Below are positions 1 to 10,379 of a stretch of 32,082 nucleotides of DNA, one piece after another. A program made the translations under genes and the position numbers. The stretch covers positions 1 through 32,082 of the IMG/VR virus record IMGVR_UViG_3300025389_000067; one strand, given 5' to 3'. The notes beneath the pieces were generated by a model. The model was given only the letters and a program-made list of their open reading frames with translations, had not been told where the DNA came from and did not search any database. Source of the stretch: a virus (Duplodnaviria; Caudoviricetes). Positions within the stretch are counted from its first letter, which is position 1. Each line of letters starts with the position of its first letter.

Positions 1-2
1 CC

Positions 3-125
3 AGTTTTAATCGTTCCAGAGATAAAAGAAACTAAGAGGGGCAGACCAAAAAATGACTCAACCGCTGCCGACAACTCCCTCTGATCTAATCACTCAAGCG
101 TTAAAAATAGCAAACGTCATTGGTG
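3..125. repeat. Terminal direct repeat, copy 1 (circular assembly overlap)
   Basis: 123 nt identical to 31960-32082; ORF 53..796 restarts at 32010. Confidence 0.95.
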
Positions 126-796
126 TTGGTCAGACTCCGAATGCAACTGACACCAATGATTGTTTCAATCAATTAAATATGATGTTGGCGCAATGGCAGC
201 GCAGACGTTATATGGTTTATAACCTGGTAACTATTTCTAAGGTTGCTACAGGCCAAGTATCCTACACAATAGGAACTGGAGGGGATTTCAATATTACTCG
301 TCCAGTTAAACTCGAATCAGCGTTCTTTAGAATGCAATACGGTTCACCATTGCCAGTTGACTATCCATTAGAAGTCTTGAGGGCCAATGAGGACTACAAC
401 AGGATTTCAATTAAGAACCTGAACGCATTTCCTCAGTATATTTATTACAACACAGGTTATCCACTTGGCACAATTTACGTTTGGCCTGTACCTAATAATC
501 AATATCAAATCTTTTTGACTGTAATGACTCAGTTGGAAGGATTTCAGACTATTAATGATGTTGTGACAATGCCTCCTGAGTATCTGGCTGCAATGCAATG
601 GAACTTGTCCAGAATCATTTGTGTGATGTATGGCTTACCAATCACTCCCGAGTTGACTGGGTATGCCGAAGCATCCATGAGAATTATTGAAGAAGTTAAC
701 TCTCAGATTCCTTTGTTACATATGCCAGTTGCTCTTAGGGGTAAGTCTGGTGCTTACAATATTTACGGAGACTTCTACGTTGGAAGTGCAGGATAA
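53..796 (+). CDS. Head-to-tail adaptor (P22 gp4-like)
   Basis: N-terminal 'DLITQALKIANVIGVGQTP...LNMMLAQW' pattern; lies between the coat region and the gp10-like gene as in P22-like podoviruses. Confidence 0.75.
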   Translation: MTQPLPTTPSDLITQALKIANVIGVGQTPNATDTNDCFNQLNMMLAQWQRRRYMVYNLVTISKVATGQVSYTIGTGGDFNITRPVKLESAFFRMQYGSPLPVDYPLEVLRANEDYNRISIKNLNAFPQYIYYNTGYPLGTIYVWPVPNNQYQIFLTVMTQLEGFQTINDVVTMPPEYLAAMQWNLSRIICVMYGLPITPELTGYAEASMRIIEEVNSQIPLLHMPVALRGKSGAYNIYGDFYVGSAG

Positions 797-2211
797 TGGC
801 AAAGGCAGCACTTGTCACAGGCGCATACCAAGCAAAGAGTGTTATTGCAGGGGCACAAAGGTGTATTAATCTTTATTTAGAAAAGAATCCAGATACCTCG
901 GTTTTTCCTTTTACGCATTATCCAACCCCAGGACTTACTTTACAAAGTTCAGTTTCTCAAAATCAATGGAGAGGGCTATATTTTGCAAGTAATAATATCC
1001 TTTACGGGGTTTGTGGCAATACTTTCTATTCAATTACTTCTAATGGTACTTGTACTGCTCTTGGCACTTTGGGTTCATTTTCTGGAACTGTGTCAATGGT
1101 TGATAACGAAGTCGATCTTTTGGTGGTTGATGGGACTGCTAATGGGTATGATTACAATTTTGCAGCAAAAACATTTCAACTATTACCCTCTAATTCAACC
1201 ACAACTTTTTACGGATCAAATCAGATCAATTATGTAGACGGTTTCTTTATTTGTAATCGTCCAGGTACTAATCAATGGTATATATCTTTAATTGATTCGG
1301 TAACTTTTGATCCAACTTATTACGCAGCAAAGGCTGGTTATTCTGATTTACTGGTCGGGATAGGGGTTTCTCGCAGATACATTTATTTATTTGGTGAAGT
1401 AACTACAGAAATTTGGTACAACGCAGGGAATCCAACTTTCCCATTTCAAATACTCCCAGGTTCGTTTATTCAGTATGGTTGTGCAGCTACTAATTCAATT
1501 GCTCAGGTCAATGGTGAAATATTTTGGGTTGCTCAAAGTCCTCAAGGTAATTGTTATATTACAAAAACTGAAAACTTTGGTGCAGTCAAGATTTCAACAT
1601 TTGCAATTGATGCTGAACTTCAAACTTATTCAACTGTTTCAGATGCAATTGGATATACATGGGAAATAAATGGACATTTCTTTTATGTAGTGACATTTCC
1701 AACTGCTAACAAAACATGGGTTTTTGATCTATCTAACAATCAATGGAACGAATGGTTATGGACTGATACGAATGGTCAGTTTAATCGTCATCGGTCTAAT
1801 TGTTTTGCTTTTGCTTATGGTGAATTATTTGTTGGTGATTGGCAAAATGGAAATCTTTATACATTAGACCAAAGTAATTACACAGACAATGGGGAACCAA
1901 TTGTAAGAACAAGAAGTTTCTACCATGCTGAAGACGATAATTCAGACAGGATCAGATACAAACAATTCATTGCTGAAATGGAATCGGGTAATGGGCCTGC
2001 AACTGTTTATCTTTCTTGTTCGGATGATAGAGGAAAGACTTTCGGCAACCCAGTTGGTCAAACAATGGGCACAACTGGGGAATATTTAACTTCTATTTCC
2101 TGGTGGCGTTTGGGAATGGCTAGAGACAGGGTATTCCAACTCAGTTGGAGTGATCCAATTAAAACGGCATTGTCGGGGGCATTTGTTGACGCATTGCCTA
2201 ATAGAAAATGA
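796..2211 (+). CDS. Packaged-DNA stabilisation / tail hub protein (P22 gp10-like)
   Basis: 471 aa, beta-propeller-like composition, 'TPGL' near the N-terminus and C-terminal 'SDDRGKTF...WWRLGMARDRVF'; gene order. Confidence 0.85.
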   Translation: MAKAALVTGAYQAKSVIAGAQRCINLYLEKNPDTSVFPFTHYPTPGLTLQSSVSQNQWRGLYFASNNILYGVCGNTFYSITSNGTCTALGTLGSFSGTVSMVDNEVDLLVVDGTANGYDYNFAAKTFQLLPSNSTTTFYGSNQINYVDGFFICNRPGTNQWYISLIDSVTFDPTYYAAKAGYSDLLVGIGVSRRYIYLFGEVTTEIWYNAGNPTFPFQILPGSFIQYGCAATNSIAQVNGEIFWVAQSPQGNCYITKTENFGAVKISTFAIDAELQTYSTVSDAIGYTWEINGHFFYVVTFPTANKTWVFDLSNNQWNEWLWTDTNGQFNRHRSNCFAFAYGELFVGDWQNGNLYTLDQSNYTDNGEPIVRTRSFYHAEDDNSDRIRYKQFIAEMESGNGPATVYLSCSDDRGKTFGNPVGQTMGTTGEYLTSISWWRLGMARDRVFQLSWSDPIKTALSGAFVDALPNRK

Positions 2212-4919
2212 CAACAGGATATTTAGCAGCGCAAACCCCACAGATTAACATTCCATTTCTTAACATAGATGGAACGGTTAGTCAGGTTTGGTTGTTATTT
2301 TTAATTCAATTATTTCAAAGGACTGGAGGAAATACAAGTCCTACTTATACGCTTGCACAAATTGAAGAATTAGCCATTTTAGGATTAAGTGTTGTTAAAG
2401 CAAACGGATTTAATGGAATAGTTACAAGTGGTCAAAATGCTACTTTAACCATAGAAACAACGGTTACAGGCATAGTAAAGGGTAATGGGACTGCACTATC
2501 TGCAGCAACTCCAGGAGTCGATTACAGTATTATTGATTCGATTGCGGTAACTGTACCTCCTGCTTTATTGTCGGTCACTCCTAGTTCACTTAGTTCAAGC
2601 GGTACTTTTGCAATTAGTCTAACAACTCAGGCATCCAATACTTTATTGGCAGGGCCTATAACTGGTGTTGGAACTGCTCCAACTTTTAGGAGATTGGTTT
2701 CTACTGACATTCCTGCTTTAAATTATGTAAGTACATTAACAACGCAAGGAGCCAACCAGATACTCGCAGGGCCGTCTAGTGGTGTTGGTGCTCCTCCTAC
2801 TTTTAGGTCTCTTACAACTGCTGATATTCCTGCTTTGCCTTATGGAAGTGGTACTGTTACATCTGTTGGAATGTCTGTTCCTGCTTCTTTGTTGTCTGTA
2901 GCTCCCTCAACAATCACGACTTCAGGAACATTTGCACTCAGTTTAACTACCCAAACATCTGCACAAATATTAGCGTCTCCGATTTCTACTATTGGAACTC
3001 CAAGTTTTAGATCATTGGTTTCAAGTGATATTCCTGCATTAAACTATGTAAGTAGCACAACAACCCAAGCAGCCCATCAAGTATTAGCAGGCCCTATAAC
3101 TGGGACTGCTGCACCAACATTCAGGTCTTTGGTTTCTACGGACATACCTGCACTTCCCTACGGAACTGGTACGGTTACTTCAGTAGCTTTGGCTTTGCCA
3201 AGCATTATGTCAGTTTCAGGGTCTCCAGTTACAACAACTGGTACATTGACAGGAACTTTAACGACTCAGGCTGCCAACAGTTTATTTGCAGGCCCTATTA
3301 GTGGTGTTGGAGCAACTCCTACATTTAGAGCGTTGACTACTGCGGATTTAGCAGGATTAGGGGTTGGAACGGTCACAAGTGTAGGAATGACAGTCCCATC
3401 TATTTTGTCGGTAACTCCGTCTACTATCACAACATCTGGGTCTTTTGCTTTAAGTCTAACAACAGAATCGGCTAATCAGATATTTGCAGGGCCATCAAGC
3501 GGATTTGCTGCAACTCCTACTTTTAGGGCATTAACCAGTTCTGATTTGCCATCACTTACAAGTCTTACTGTAACTTCTCTTAATTTTGGGACTACAGGTT
3601 TAACACCAAGTACAACGACTCAAGGAGCAATAACTGTTTCAGGCACTTTGGCATCTACAAACGGAGGTACAGGGTTAACAACTTATACGGCAGGAGATTT
3701 ACCCTATTATGCTTCTGGTTCAGCATTATCAAAACTAGGAATTGGTACTGCTAATTATGTATTAACGTCTAGCGGTACTGCGCCCCAATATGTAGCGCAA
3801 TCCACTTTATCAGTTGGTACTGCAACTAATGCAACTAATGTAGCTACAACTGACAATACTTCTAGTTCATCAACTTATTATCCAACTTTAGTAAGTGCAA
3901 CAAGTGGTAATAATCCAATTACTACATCAAGCACTAAACTAAGTTTTGTGCCAAGTACAGGAAAATTAACTGCAACAAGTTATGGTGGTTCTTGGGCTGG
4001 AAGCACAATTGGCACAACTTATGGTGGTACTGGACTTACTTCATTTACAGCAAATGGAATTGTCTATGCTTCATCAACAAGTGTGTTGGCTACAAGTAGT
4101 AATTTGACTTGGGATGGAACTACATTTACAAATGCTGGTGGCCCAATTCAATCTAGCGCTGGACATTATTCATCTTTTTATTCTTCAAATTCTGATGGAG
4201 GCTATCCATCAAATTATTTAAATAGTGCTGGAGGTGATTCTCAAATTTCGATTGCGGCTAATTGGTTTAGTGGTCAAAGAGATTTATCAATAGTAAATAG
4301 CAACATTGCTGGTGGTGGATTTGGTTTTTATCAAATGACCAGTTCGTCTGCAAAAACAAGATTAATTTCTTTTAATGCAGGAACATTTCAACCTGGTGTT
4401 GATAACACAATGACTTTAGGTGCTTCATCTTTTAGATGGACAACTGTGTATGCAACAACAGGAACAATTAACACATCAGATCAGAACGACAAACAACAAA
4501 TAGCAGATTTAACAAGTGCTGAACAAACAGTAGCAAAAGCATTAAAAGGTTTGTTTAAAACTTATAAATTAAATTCAGCAGTAGCATTGAAAGGTGATAA
4601 AGCTAGAATTCACGTTGGAATAATGGCTCAAGACGTTTATCAAACATTTGTCAGTCAAGGGCTTGATCCAACAAAATATGCTTTGTTTTGTTCAGATACA
4701 TGGCAAGAATACAATGGTCATGCAGTTAGTGTAGATTCAAATAATATGTATGACTTGTTAACAGGATATACATTAAATGGTCAAACAATAACTTTGAATG
4801 ATGGAGACGTAGTTCCACAGGGAGCAACACAAATTTATACAAAAGTAACAACAACAACTGTAACAAAATTAGGTATTCGGTATTCAGAATTGATGGCTTT
4901 TATAATTTCAGCGCTTTAA
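2208..4919 (+). CDS. Long tail fibre/needle with internal repeats and C-terminal intramolecular chaperone (peptidase S74-like)
   Basis: 903 aa, Thr/Ser/Gly-rich; 'TSDQNDKQQI...HVGIMAQDV...GIRYSELMAFII' matches the chaperone pattern; occupies the P22 gp26 position. Confidence 0.8.
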   Translation: MTTGYLAAQTPQINIPFLNIDGTVSQVWLLFLIQLFQRTGGNTSPTYTLAQIEELAILGLSVVKANGFNGIVTSGQNATLTIETTVTGIVKGNGTALSAATPGVDYSIIDSIAVTVPPALLSVTPSSLSSSGTFAISLTTQASNTLLAGPITGVGTAPTFRRLVSTDIPALNYVSTLTTQGANQILAGPSSGVGAPPTFRSLTTADIPALPYGSGTVTSVGMSVPASLLSVAPSTITTSGTFALSLTTQTSAQILASPISTIGTPSFRSLVSSDIPALNYVSSTTTQAAHQVLAGPITGTAAPTFRSLVSTDIPALPYGTGTVTSVALALPSIMSVSGSPVTTTGTLTGTLTTQAANSLFAGPISGVGATPTFRALTTADLAGLGVGTVTSVGMTVPSILSVTPSTITTSGSFALSLTTESANQIFAGPSSGFAATPTFRALTSSDLPSLTSLTVTSLNFGTTGLTPSTTTQGAITVSGTLASTNGGTGLTTYTAGDLPYYASGSALSKLGIGTANYVLTSSGTAPQYVAQSTLSVGTATNATNVATTDNTSSSSTYYPTLVSATSGNNPITTSSTKLSFVPSTGKLTATSYGGSWAGSTIGTTYGGTGLTSFTANGIVYASSTSVLATSSNLTWDGTTFTNAGGPIQSSAGHYSSFYSSNSDGGYPSNYLNSAGGDSQISIAANWFSGQRDLSIVNSNIAGGGFGFYQMTSSSAKTRLISFNAGTFQPGVDNTMTLGASSFRWTTVYATTGTINTSDQNDKQQIADLTSAEQTVAKALKGLFKTYKLNSAVALKGDKARIHVGIMAQDVYQTFVSQGLDPTKYALFCSDTWQEYNGHAVSVDSNNMYDLLTGYTLNGQTITLNDGDVVPQGATQIYTKVTTTTVTKLGIRYSELMAFIISAL
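2530..3560 (+). repeat. Diverged protein-level repeats within the fibre
   Basis: Six copies of about 'QxxNQILAGPxxGxxAxPTFRxLxxxDIPAL' and four of about 'GTVTSVGxxVPxxLSVxPSxITTSGTFALSLTT'; boundaries approximate. Confidence 0.85.
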
Positions 4920-4989
4920 ATATAGAATAAAAATATGATAAAAACTAAGTAATGATGCAATACATTTTAAACAATATATTTTTACTGAA

Positions 4990-5391
4990 TTGACAATGAA
5001 AGAATTTATAACTCGGGTAATGAGGGATGATAGAGTTTGGGAATGGGTTCGGATAGATGAGATACAAAGAGAAAATTTTAGTTATGTAGATAATGAAATT
5101 TATTACACAAATGATCATGGATTTGTGAATTTTCGCAAAATAACTCCAACAATGTATGAAGTTCATATTTGTATGTTGAAAGGGGCAAAAGAAGTGGATT
5201 CTTTCTTTTTAGACTCTTTAGAAAAAATGAGAGCAAAAGGTGCTGAAAAGTTCCTTGGGACTATTGGTGATTGGAACCGTCCTGCGTTAAAATTGGCACT
5301 TAGATGCGGTTTTAAAGAGGAAGGGCGAATTAGTAAGGCTTACCAAAGAGACGGAATTTATAGATCAATGGTAATGATGGGGAGAACATAA
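4990..5391 (+). CDS. GNAT-fold acetyltransferase-like protein of the tail/ejection region
   Basis: 'YEVHICML...NRPALKLALRCGFKEEGRI' resembles GNAT motif B; such genes commonly precede ejection genes in P22-like phages. Start TTG 4990 or ATG 4996. Confidence 0.7.
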   Translation: MTMKEFITRVMRDDRVWEWVRIDEIQRENFSYVDNEIYYTNDHGFVNFRKITPTMYEVHICMLKGAKEVDSFFLDSLEKMRAKGAEKFLGTIGDWNRPALKLALRCGFKEEGRISKAYQRDGIYRSMVMMGRT

Positions 5392-6248
5392 TGAGTTTTA
5401 TTACAAATGCGGTAGGTAGTTTAATTGGAAGTTTGACTGGTGCAAATCAGCAAGCTCAAGCTGCTCAATCTGCTGCTCAAACTCAAGCTAATGCAGCAAA
5501 CTATGCAGCAAATCTTCAACAACAACAATTTGCTACTAACCAAGCAAATCTTTCTCCCTATATGTCAATTGGTACGGCTGCATTGCCTCAATTGCTTCAA
5601 TCTTTGGGTTATCAAGGTCAGTACGGTGCAAATGGTAATTTAACAGGACTTTCTGGGCAAGGTTTTCAGTTTAATCCGTCTAATTTAGCGCAAACCCCAG
5701 GGTATCAATTTACCTTACAACAAGGTTTGAATGCGGTAAATAACGCAACTTCAGCAACTGGGCAAACAGGTTCAGGGGCGCAGGCTAAAGGTTTGGCTAA
5801 CTATGCAACTGGATTGGCACAAAATACTTACAACCAGCAATATCAAAATGCTTTGACTACTTACCAACAAAATGCAAGCACTTTAGGAAGTTTGTTAAGT
5901 ACAGGTCAAAATGCTGCTGCAGGGCTTGGATCAATGGGTATGCAAAATGCACAATCCGTAGGAAATACATTACAAGGCGGAGCAAATGCAACGGCTGCAG
6001 GACAAATTGCAGCGGGAAATGCTACTTCTAATGCTTTGAATGGTGCAATGCAATTAGGTCTTGGTGGCGCAGGTATTTATTCATTACTTGGAAAAGGTGG
6101 ATTATTTGGTGCTGGTACAAATGCTGCTACTGGAATATCTGGATTAACAGGAGCGACTTCAATGGCTCCAACTGATTATTCATTATTATCTGCTCCTGCT
6201 GCTTCAGGTCTTGGTTCTAGTGGAATAGGTCTTGTTGCTGATTTTTAA
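5391..6248 (+). CDS. DNA ejection protein (P22 gp7-like)
   Basis: Ala/Gly/Gln-rich, with 'LSPYMSIG' and 'PGYQFTLQQG...GSGAQAKGLANY'; gene order. Confidence 0.75.
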   Translation: MSFITNAVGSLIGSLTGANQQAQAAQSAAQTQANAANYAANLQQQQFATNQANLSPYMSIGTAALPQLLQSLGYQGQYGANGNLTGLSGQGFQFNPSNLAQTPGYQFTLQQGLNAVNNATSATGQTGSGAQAKGLANYATGLAQNTYNQQYQNALTTYQQNASTLGSLLSTGQNAAAGLGSMGMQNAQSVGNTLQGGANATAAGQIAAGNATSNALNGAMQLGLGGAGIYSLLGKGGLFGAGTNAATGISGLTGATSMAPTDYSLLSAPAASGLGSSGIGLVADF

Positions 6249-6257
6249 GGGATAAAT

Positions 6258-7799
6258 ATGCCAATAGATGCTTCAATAATACCAACAAAACAAACCATTC
6301 CTGATTTTGGAGCAATGGTAAGCGGTTTAATGGGATTGCAAAGAAATCAACTTGCAATGGAACAAGGTAATTTGCAACTTCAAAAATTGCAACAAGAGAT
6401 GAATTTGAATAAAGTTTCATCCAAGGCCATTCAAGAAAATACAGATGAAAACGGTAATGTTGACATTCCATCGGTTATCAAATCATTGTCCAAGTCTACA
6501 GAGGCTGCAACTAATCTTGCACCAACAATTTCAACATTGTTGAGTCAGCAAGGTGTTCAAAACGAAAATGTATCTAAAAAACTTGGAAATTTAGTTCAAA
6601 AGAACACAATTGCTGGTCAAAGGCTTGGAGCAATGACTGCCAGAATTGCAAAAGGCGAAGATATAACTCCTGCCGAACATATTAAAGAAATGTCTAATCT
6701 TATTGCTGAAGGTGTTTTAAGTCCAGATGAGGCACTTTTACATTTGAGGATGGCTCCTGCTCCAACAGGTGATAAAGTAAAAGATCAAAAGGCATACAAC
6801 AATTTTATTCAGTCTGAGCATTTTGCAACTCAATCAACTGCAAATCAAATCAACGCATTATTTGGTACTTTGCAACCAGGTGGCGCAGGCCAACCCGCAG
6901 CAATCTACAACCCGATCACTAAGACGCTTGAACCTGTTCAGTATGGTAATCCTCAGCAACCTGCCAACCCTAATGTCCCTGCTCAACCTGGTATGCCTGC
7001 TCAACCTGGTATGCCTGGTCAGATGGGAATGGGCCAACCTAATGCTCCAGTTCAAGACCCAATTGCTCCACAGTTAATGTTTCCAGTTCGTCAACTTGGT
7101 ACTAACTATGCTCAATTACCAAATGAGGCCACAAAGACTACTGAGGGCGGTCAGTATGTTAGCGGATTGATTGACAGAAAGAAAAATTTAGTTACTGATC
7201 GCAGAAACTTGGATGAAATGCTCAAACAAGTTGAAAAGGTTAAAGAAGAAACTCCTAGAGTTCCAGGAACTAATCCAGTCAGCAATGCACTCAATGCAAC
7301 AATAAGAAAAGCAAGTGTTGCAACTGCCGATCCACAATACCAGCAATTATCTAAAGACATTGCGAATATGCAGATTTCTAATTTAAAGGCTGCAGGTGGT
7401 TCGATGGATACGGTTGCAGGACAACAACTTCAGGCTCATGCAAACGGAACTGAAATTTATGATCCAGACGTACTTTTGAACATTGGCAGGCGAGCTAAGG
7501 CAGACATGAAAAACCTTGATCTGCAAACGGACGCTGCAACCAAGTTTATTCAGCGTTATGGGCCAAATAACATGGACACATTTAAAAAGATTTGGGGTGA
7601 TAACGCAGATAGTAAACTCTTTGAAATGATGACTCATCACGAAGATAAAACAATGACTCCCGAACAAAAGAAAATGAAACGTGATGAGTTGGTTGGAATA
7701 ACTCCAGATATGTCTCCTGAAAAGAAAAAAGAATTACTTAAAGAGTTCCAAGACAAAAACAATGTAATACAAAAACTCGTGAATACAGGTGGTCTCTAA
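6258..7799 (+). CDS. DNA ejection protein (P22 gp20 position)
   Basis: 513 aa helical protein starting 'MPIDASI'; lies between gp7-like and gp16-like genes. Confidence 0.6.
   Translation: MPIDASIIPTKQTIPDFGAMVSGLMGLQRNQLAMEQGNLQLQKLQQEMNLNKVSSKAIQENTDENGNVDIPSVIKSLSKSTEAATNLAPTISTLLSQQGVQNENVSKKLGNLVQKNTIAGQRLGAMTARIAKGEDITPAEHIKEMSNLIAEGVLSPDEALLHLRMAPAPTGDKVKDQKAYNNFIQSEHFATQSTANQINALFGTLQPGGAGQPAAIYNPITKTLEPVQYGNPQQPANPNVPAQPGMPAQPGMPGQMGMGQPNAPVQDPIAPQLMFPVRQLGTNYAQLPNEATKTTEGGQYVSGLIDRKKNLVTDRRNLDEMLKQVEKVKEETPRVPGTNPVSNALNATIRKASVATADPQYQQLSKDIANMQISNLKAAGGSMDTVAGQQLQAHANGTEIYDPDVLLNIGRRAKADMKNLDLQTDAATKFIQRYGPNNMDTFKKIWGDNADSKLFEMMTHHEDKTMTPEQKKMKRDELVGITPDMSPEKKKELLKEFQDKNNVIQKLVNTGGL
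6978..7017 (+). repeat. 18-bp tandem repeat encoding PAQPGM twice
   Basis: cctgctcaacctggtatg occurs twice, followed by cctg, inside a Pro/Gln-rich linker. Confidence 0.9.
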
Positions 7800-10378
7800 T
7801 GGGAACATTCGCTGATTTCTTGGGAGATATTGAGGCTGAAAAACCTCAAAGTCAATCTGCTATTACTGATCAGATACTTAATAATTTAAAAGTTACTGAG
7901 TCAGGAAAAGACCCTTATGCAGTCAATAAAAAGACTAAGGCTTTGGGTGCTTATCAGTTTTTACCTGAAACAGTTCAAATGTTGCATAAACAAGGGATTG
8001 AATTTAATCCTTTTAATGAGCAAGAATCAAGACAAGCAGCAAAGACTTATCTTGAGCAATTGACTGCTAAAAATGGTGGTGACATTAAAAAGGCTTTGGC
8101 GCAATATGGTGGATTTGTCAAAGAGAATCCAGATACTTACGTCAATAAAGTATTAAAAGGAGTTACACAAAACGCTCCAGTTCAAACTCAAGAACCTGCC
8201 AAATCAGACTTCTCTAGTTTTTTGCAGGATATTTCAGAGCCTACAACTCAACCTGAAGTTGCTCCTGCTCCTATTGTTCAAAAGGCTCAACCTACAACTC
8301 AACCTGCTCCTCGTCAAATGAACGTAGGTGAGAAGATGTATCAAGACAGAATTAGTGCTCTTAAGAATTTGGGCATTAGCTTATCTTCTTTGGCTGACGT
8401 AACGGTTGGTAATGTTATCCCCTCGGTAGCTGGTGCAACAACTTATCCATTAGCTAGATTTTTACGTTCTGATGAGGAGGCTAAAGCAATTACCAATCAA
8501 ATAACCTCGGCATTAGAAAAACCATTTGGTAAGACTTTAGGAGTTACTGAAACCCCTGCATACAAGGGTGAGGCATCCAGACGATTAATGGATTTGATTG
8601 GTGAAAGTCTTGGAGAAGGAGTAAATGCAATATCTGAAAAGACAGGCATTCCAACTGGTGACGTTCAAAGTTATATTAATTCTTTGATGTTGGCTGCAGG
8701 TAAGCCAGTTTCGCAAGCTGCAGGTAAAGTTGGTGGGGCAGCAGTAAAAGCAGGCCAACAATTTGCTCAAGATTTAAAAGAAGTTACTGCAACTCCAATG
8801 AAGACTGAGATTGTTCAACCCGAAGCAGTTGCTCCAGGTTCAGCAGGCGCAGCAAAATCAACCACAAATCCTTACTCTAAATTTACTGGACAAGAGACTG
8901 GTAAAGGTGGAGAGTTTCCAATGGTGAAACTTTCTAACATTTCCAAAGATGTTTCACCAAAAGAACAACAGACCAGAGCGCAAATTGCAACTGAGATTCT
9001 TGGTAATAAGGATGCGGTTCGATCTGGAGTTGTAACAGGAAACGAAGACACTTTAAGAAATGAGCATACTGAGGCTAAATCTGCCAATCAAACTCCCAAA
9101 GCACAAGTTTTAAGAGAACAGATTGCTAATGAACAAAATGCTTTATCTAATTATGCTCAAAAGAGAATTGAGAATACTGGCGCAAGTCCGACTTTAACGT
9201 CTGATTACGAAAGAGGCCAGGCCATCAATGATGCGTTCGCAGGTGATCAAGGACTAACAGGGTTCTTTAAAACTGAAAAGAATAGGCTTTATGATGAAGC
9301 CAGGGCAAAGGTTGGAGAAAATCCAATAAAAACAAATAATGTTGACAACTTATTAAGTAATGAACAATTTAGAGCAGGGCTTGGATTAAAAGGGAACGAA
9401 GGAGTTGCAGCAAGTGCCGAAAAACTTATCAATCTAGCTAAGACAATGGGCTTTGAAGACGAGTTTGGCAACAAGTATGCTCCTAATACTATAGGGGCTT
9501 GGGATGCAGTCAGAAAGTCTTTAAATGCAGATTGGACACCAAGTAATGCGTCTGTGATTCGTAAAATTAATAATGCAATTGACAAAGATATTGCAGGTGC
9601 TGGAGGCCAAGAGTTATATAAGAAAGCCGATCAACTTCACCAAGCTGAAAAAACTTTATTTAGTTCAAAAGGAATCAAATCAATATTTGGAGATATTGAT
9701 CCAAACGGAGTCCAAACAGGAACACCATTTGAACAGATTCCTGCAAAACTTAATAAGATACCCAAAGACGAATGGGCGCACATTTACGATACTGCTGACA
9801 AGATTTCAAAAGGTGTTTTGAATGGGCCAATTGAAAAAGAAACTGGTTTACCCAAGTGGACTATTGAAGTCCCAGAGGAAGTAAGGCAAAATGCTGAAAG
9901 AGCAAAAGCTGAAATTAAGGGTGCAATTGCTAGAGAAATCTATCAAAAAGGTGCTGAAAAAGTTGGTGTTTGGAATCAAAATTCAGTAAATGAGATATTG
10001 AATGCAAGATCAGAAAAGATTAAACACGCATTTGATCCAGAGGAAGTAAAGGCATTTCACACTTTGAACATTGGTAGCCAGATCATGCCTGGAATACATG
10101 GATATGAAGGCGCAGGGCAACAGGTTCAAAGACTTGGAATAATTGCAAGCAACGCTCCAAAGATAGGCGCAACAACAGGCGCAAGCATTGGAGGTGCATT
10201 TGCAGGGCCTTACGGTGCTGCGGTTGGTGGATATGTTGGTCAAAGAGTAGGTACTGCCTATGAGCAAAGTTCGCTTGAAAAGGCTTTGAATAAAGCAGCG
10301 ACTGAAACACAAAAAGAGATGAAAAAGAACGCTCAAAAAGCTAATATTTTAAATCTCAGGGACAATAAAAAGGATTGA
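7799..10378 (+). CDS. Large ejection protein with N-terminal lytic transglycosylase (SLT) domain (P22 gp16 position)
   Basis: 'VTESGKDPYAVN...ALGAYQFLPET...ALAQY' gives the catalytic ES, GxxQ and AxY-like motifs; C-terminal glycine-zipper segment. Confidence 0.8.
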   Translation: MGTFADFLGDIEAEKPQSQSAITDQILNNLKVTESGKDPYAVNKKTKALGAYQFLPETVQMLHKQGIEFNPFNEQESRQAAKTYLEQLTAKNGGDIKKALAQYGGFVKENPDTYVNKVLKGVTQNAPVQTQEPAKSDFSSFLQDISEPTTQPEVAPAPIVQKAQPTTQPAPRQMNVGEKMYQDRISALKNLGISLSSLADVTVGNVIPSVAGATTYPLARFLRSDEEAKAITNQITSALEKPFGKTLGVTETPAYKGEASRRLMDLIGESLGEGVNAISEKTGIPTGDVQSYINSLMLAAGKPVSQAAGKVGGAAVKAGQQFAQDLKEVTATPMKTEIVQPEAVAPGSAGAAKSTTNPYSKFTGQETGKGGEFPMVKLSNISKDVSPKEQQTRAQIATEILGNKDAVRSGVVTGNEDTLRNEHTEAKSANQTPKAQVLREQIANEQNALSNYAQKRIENTGASPTLTSDYERGQAINDAFAGDQGLTGFFKTEKNRLYDEARAKVGENPIKTNNVDNLLSNEQFRAGLGLKGNEGVAASAEKLINLAKTMGFEDEFGNKYAPNTIGAWDAVRKSLNADWTPSNASVIRKINNAIDKDIAGAGGQELYKKADQLHQAEKTLFSSKGIKSIFGDIDPNGVQTGTPFEQIPAKLNKIPKDEWAHIYDTADKISKGVLNGPIEKETGLPKWTIEVPEEVRQNAERAKAEIKGAIAREIYQKGAEKVGVWNQNSVNEILNARSEKIKHAFDPEEVKAFHTLNIGSQIMPGIHGYEGAGQQVQRLGIIASNAPKIGATTGASIGGAFAGPYGAAVGGYVGQRVGTAYEQSSLEKALNKAATETQKEMKKNAQKANILNLRDNKKD

Positions 10379-10379
10379 T

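Noticed and set aside
3-125. Terminal repeat as a physical genome end
   Set aside because: It falls inside coding sequence and its length is typical of assembler overlap; P22-like phages generally package by headful.
4935-4995. Possible frameshifted N-terminal extension of the GNAT gene (ATG 4935, A-run at 4940-4944)
   Set aside because: Short A-run in AT-rich sequence with no supporting signal; the downstream start is adequate.
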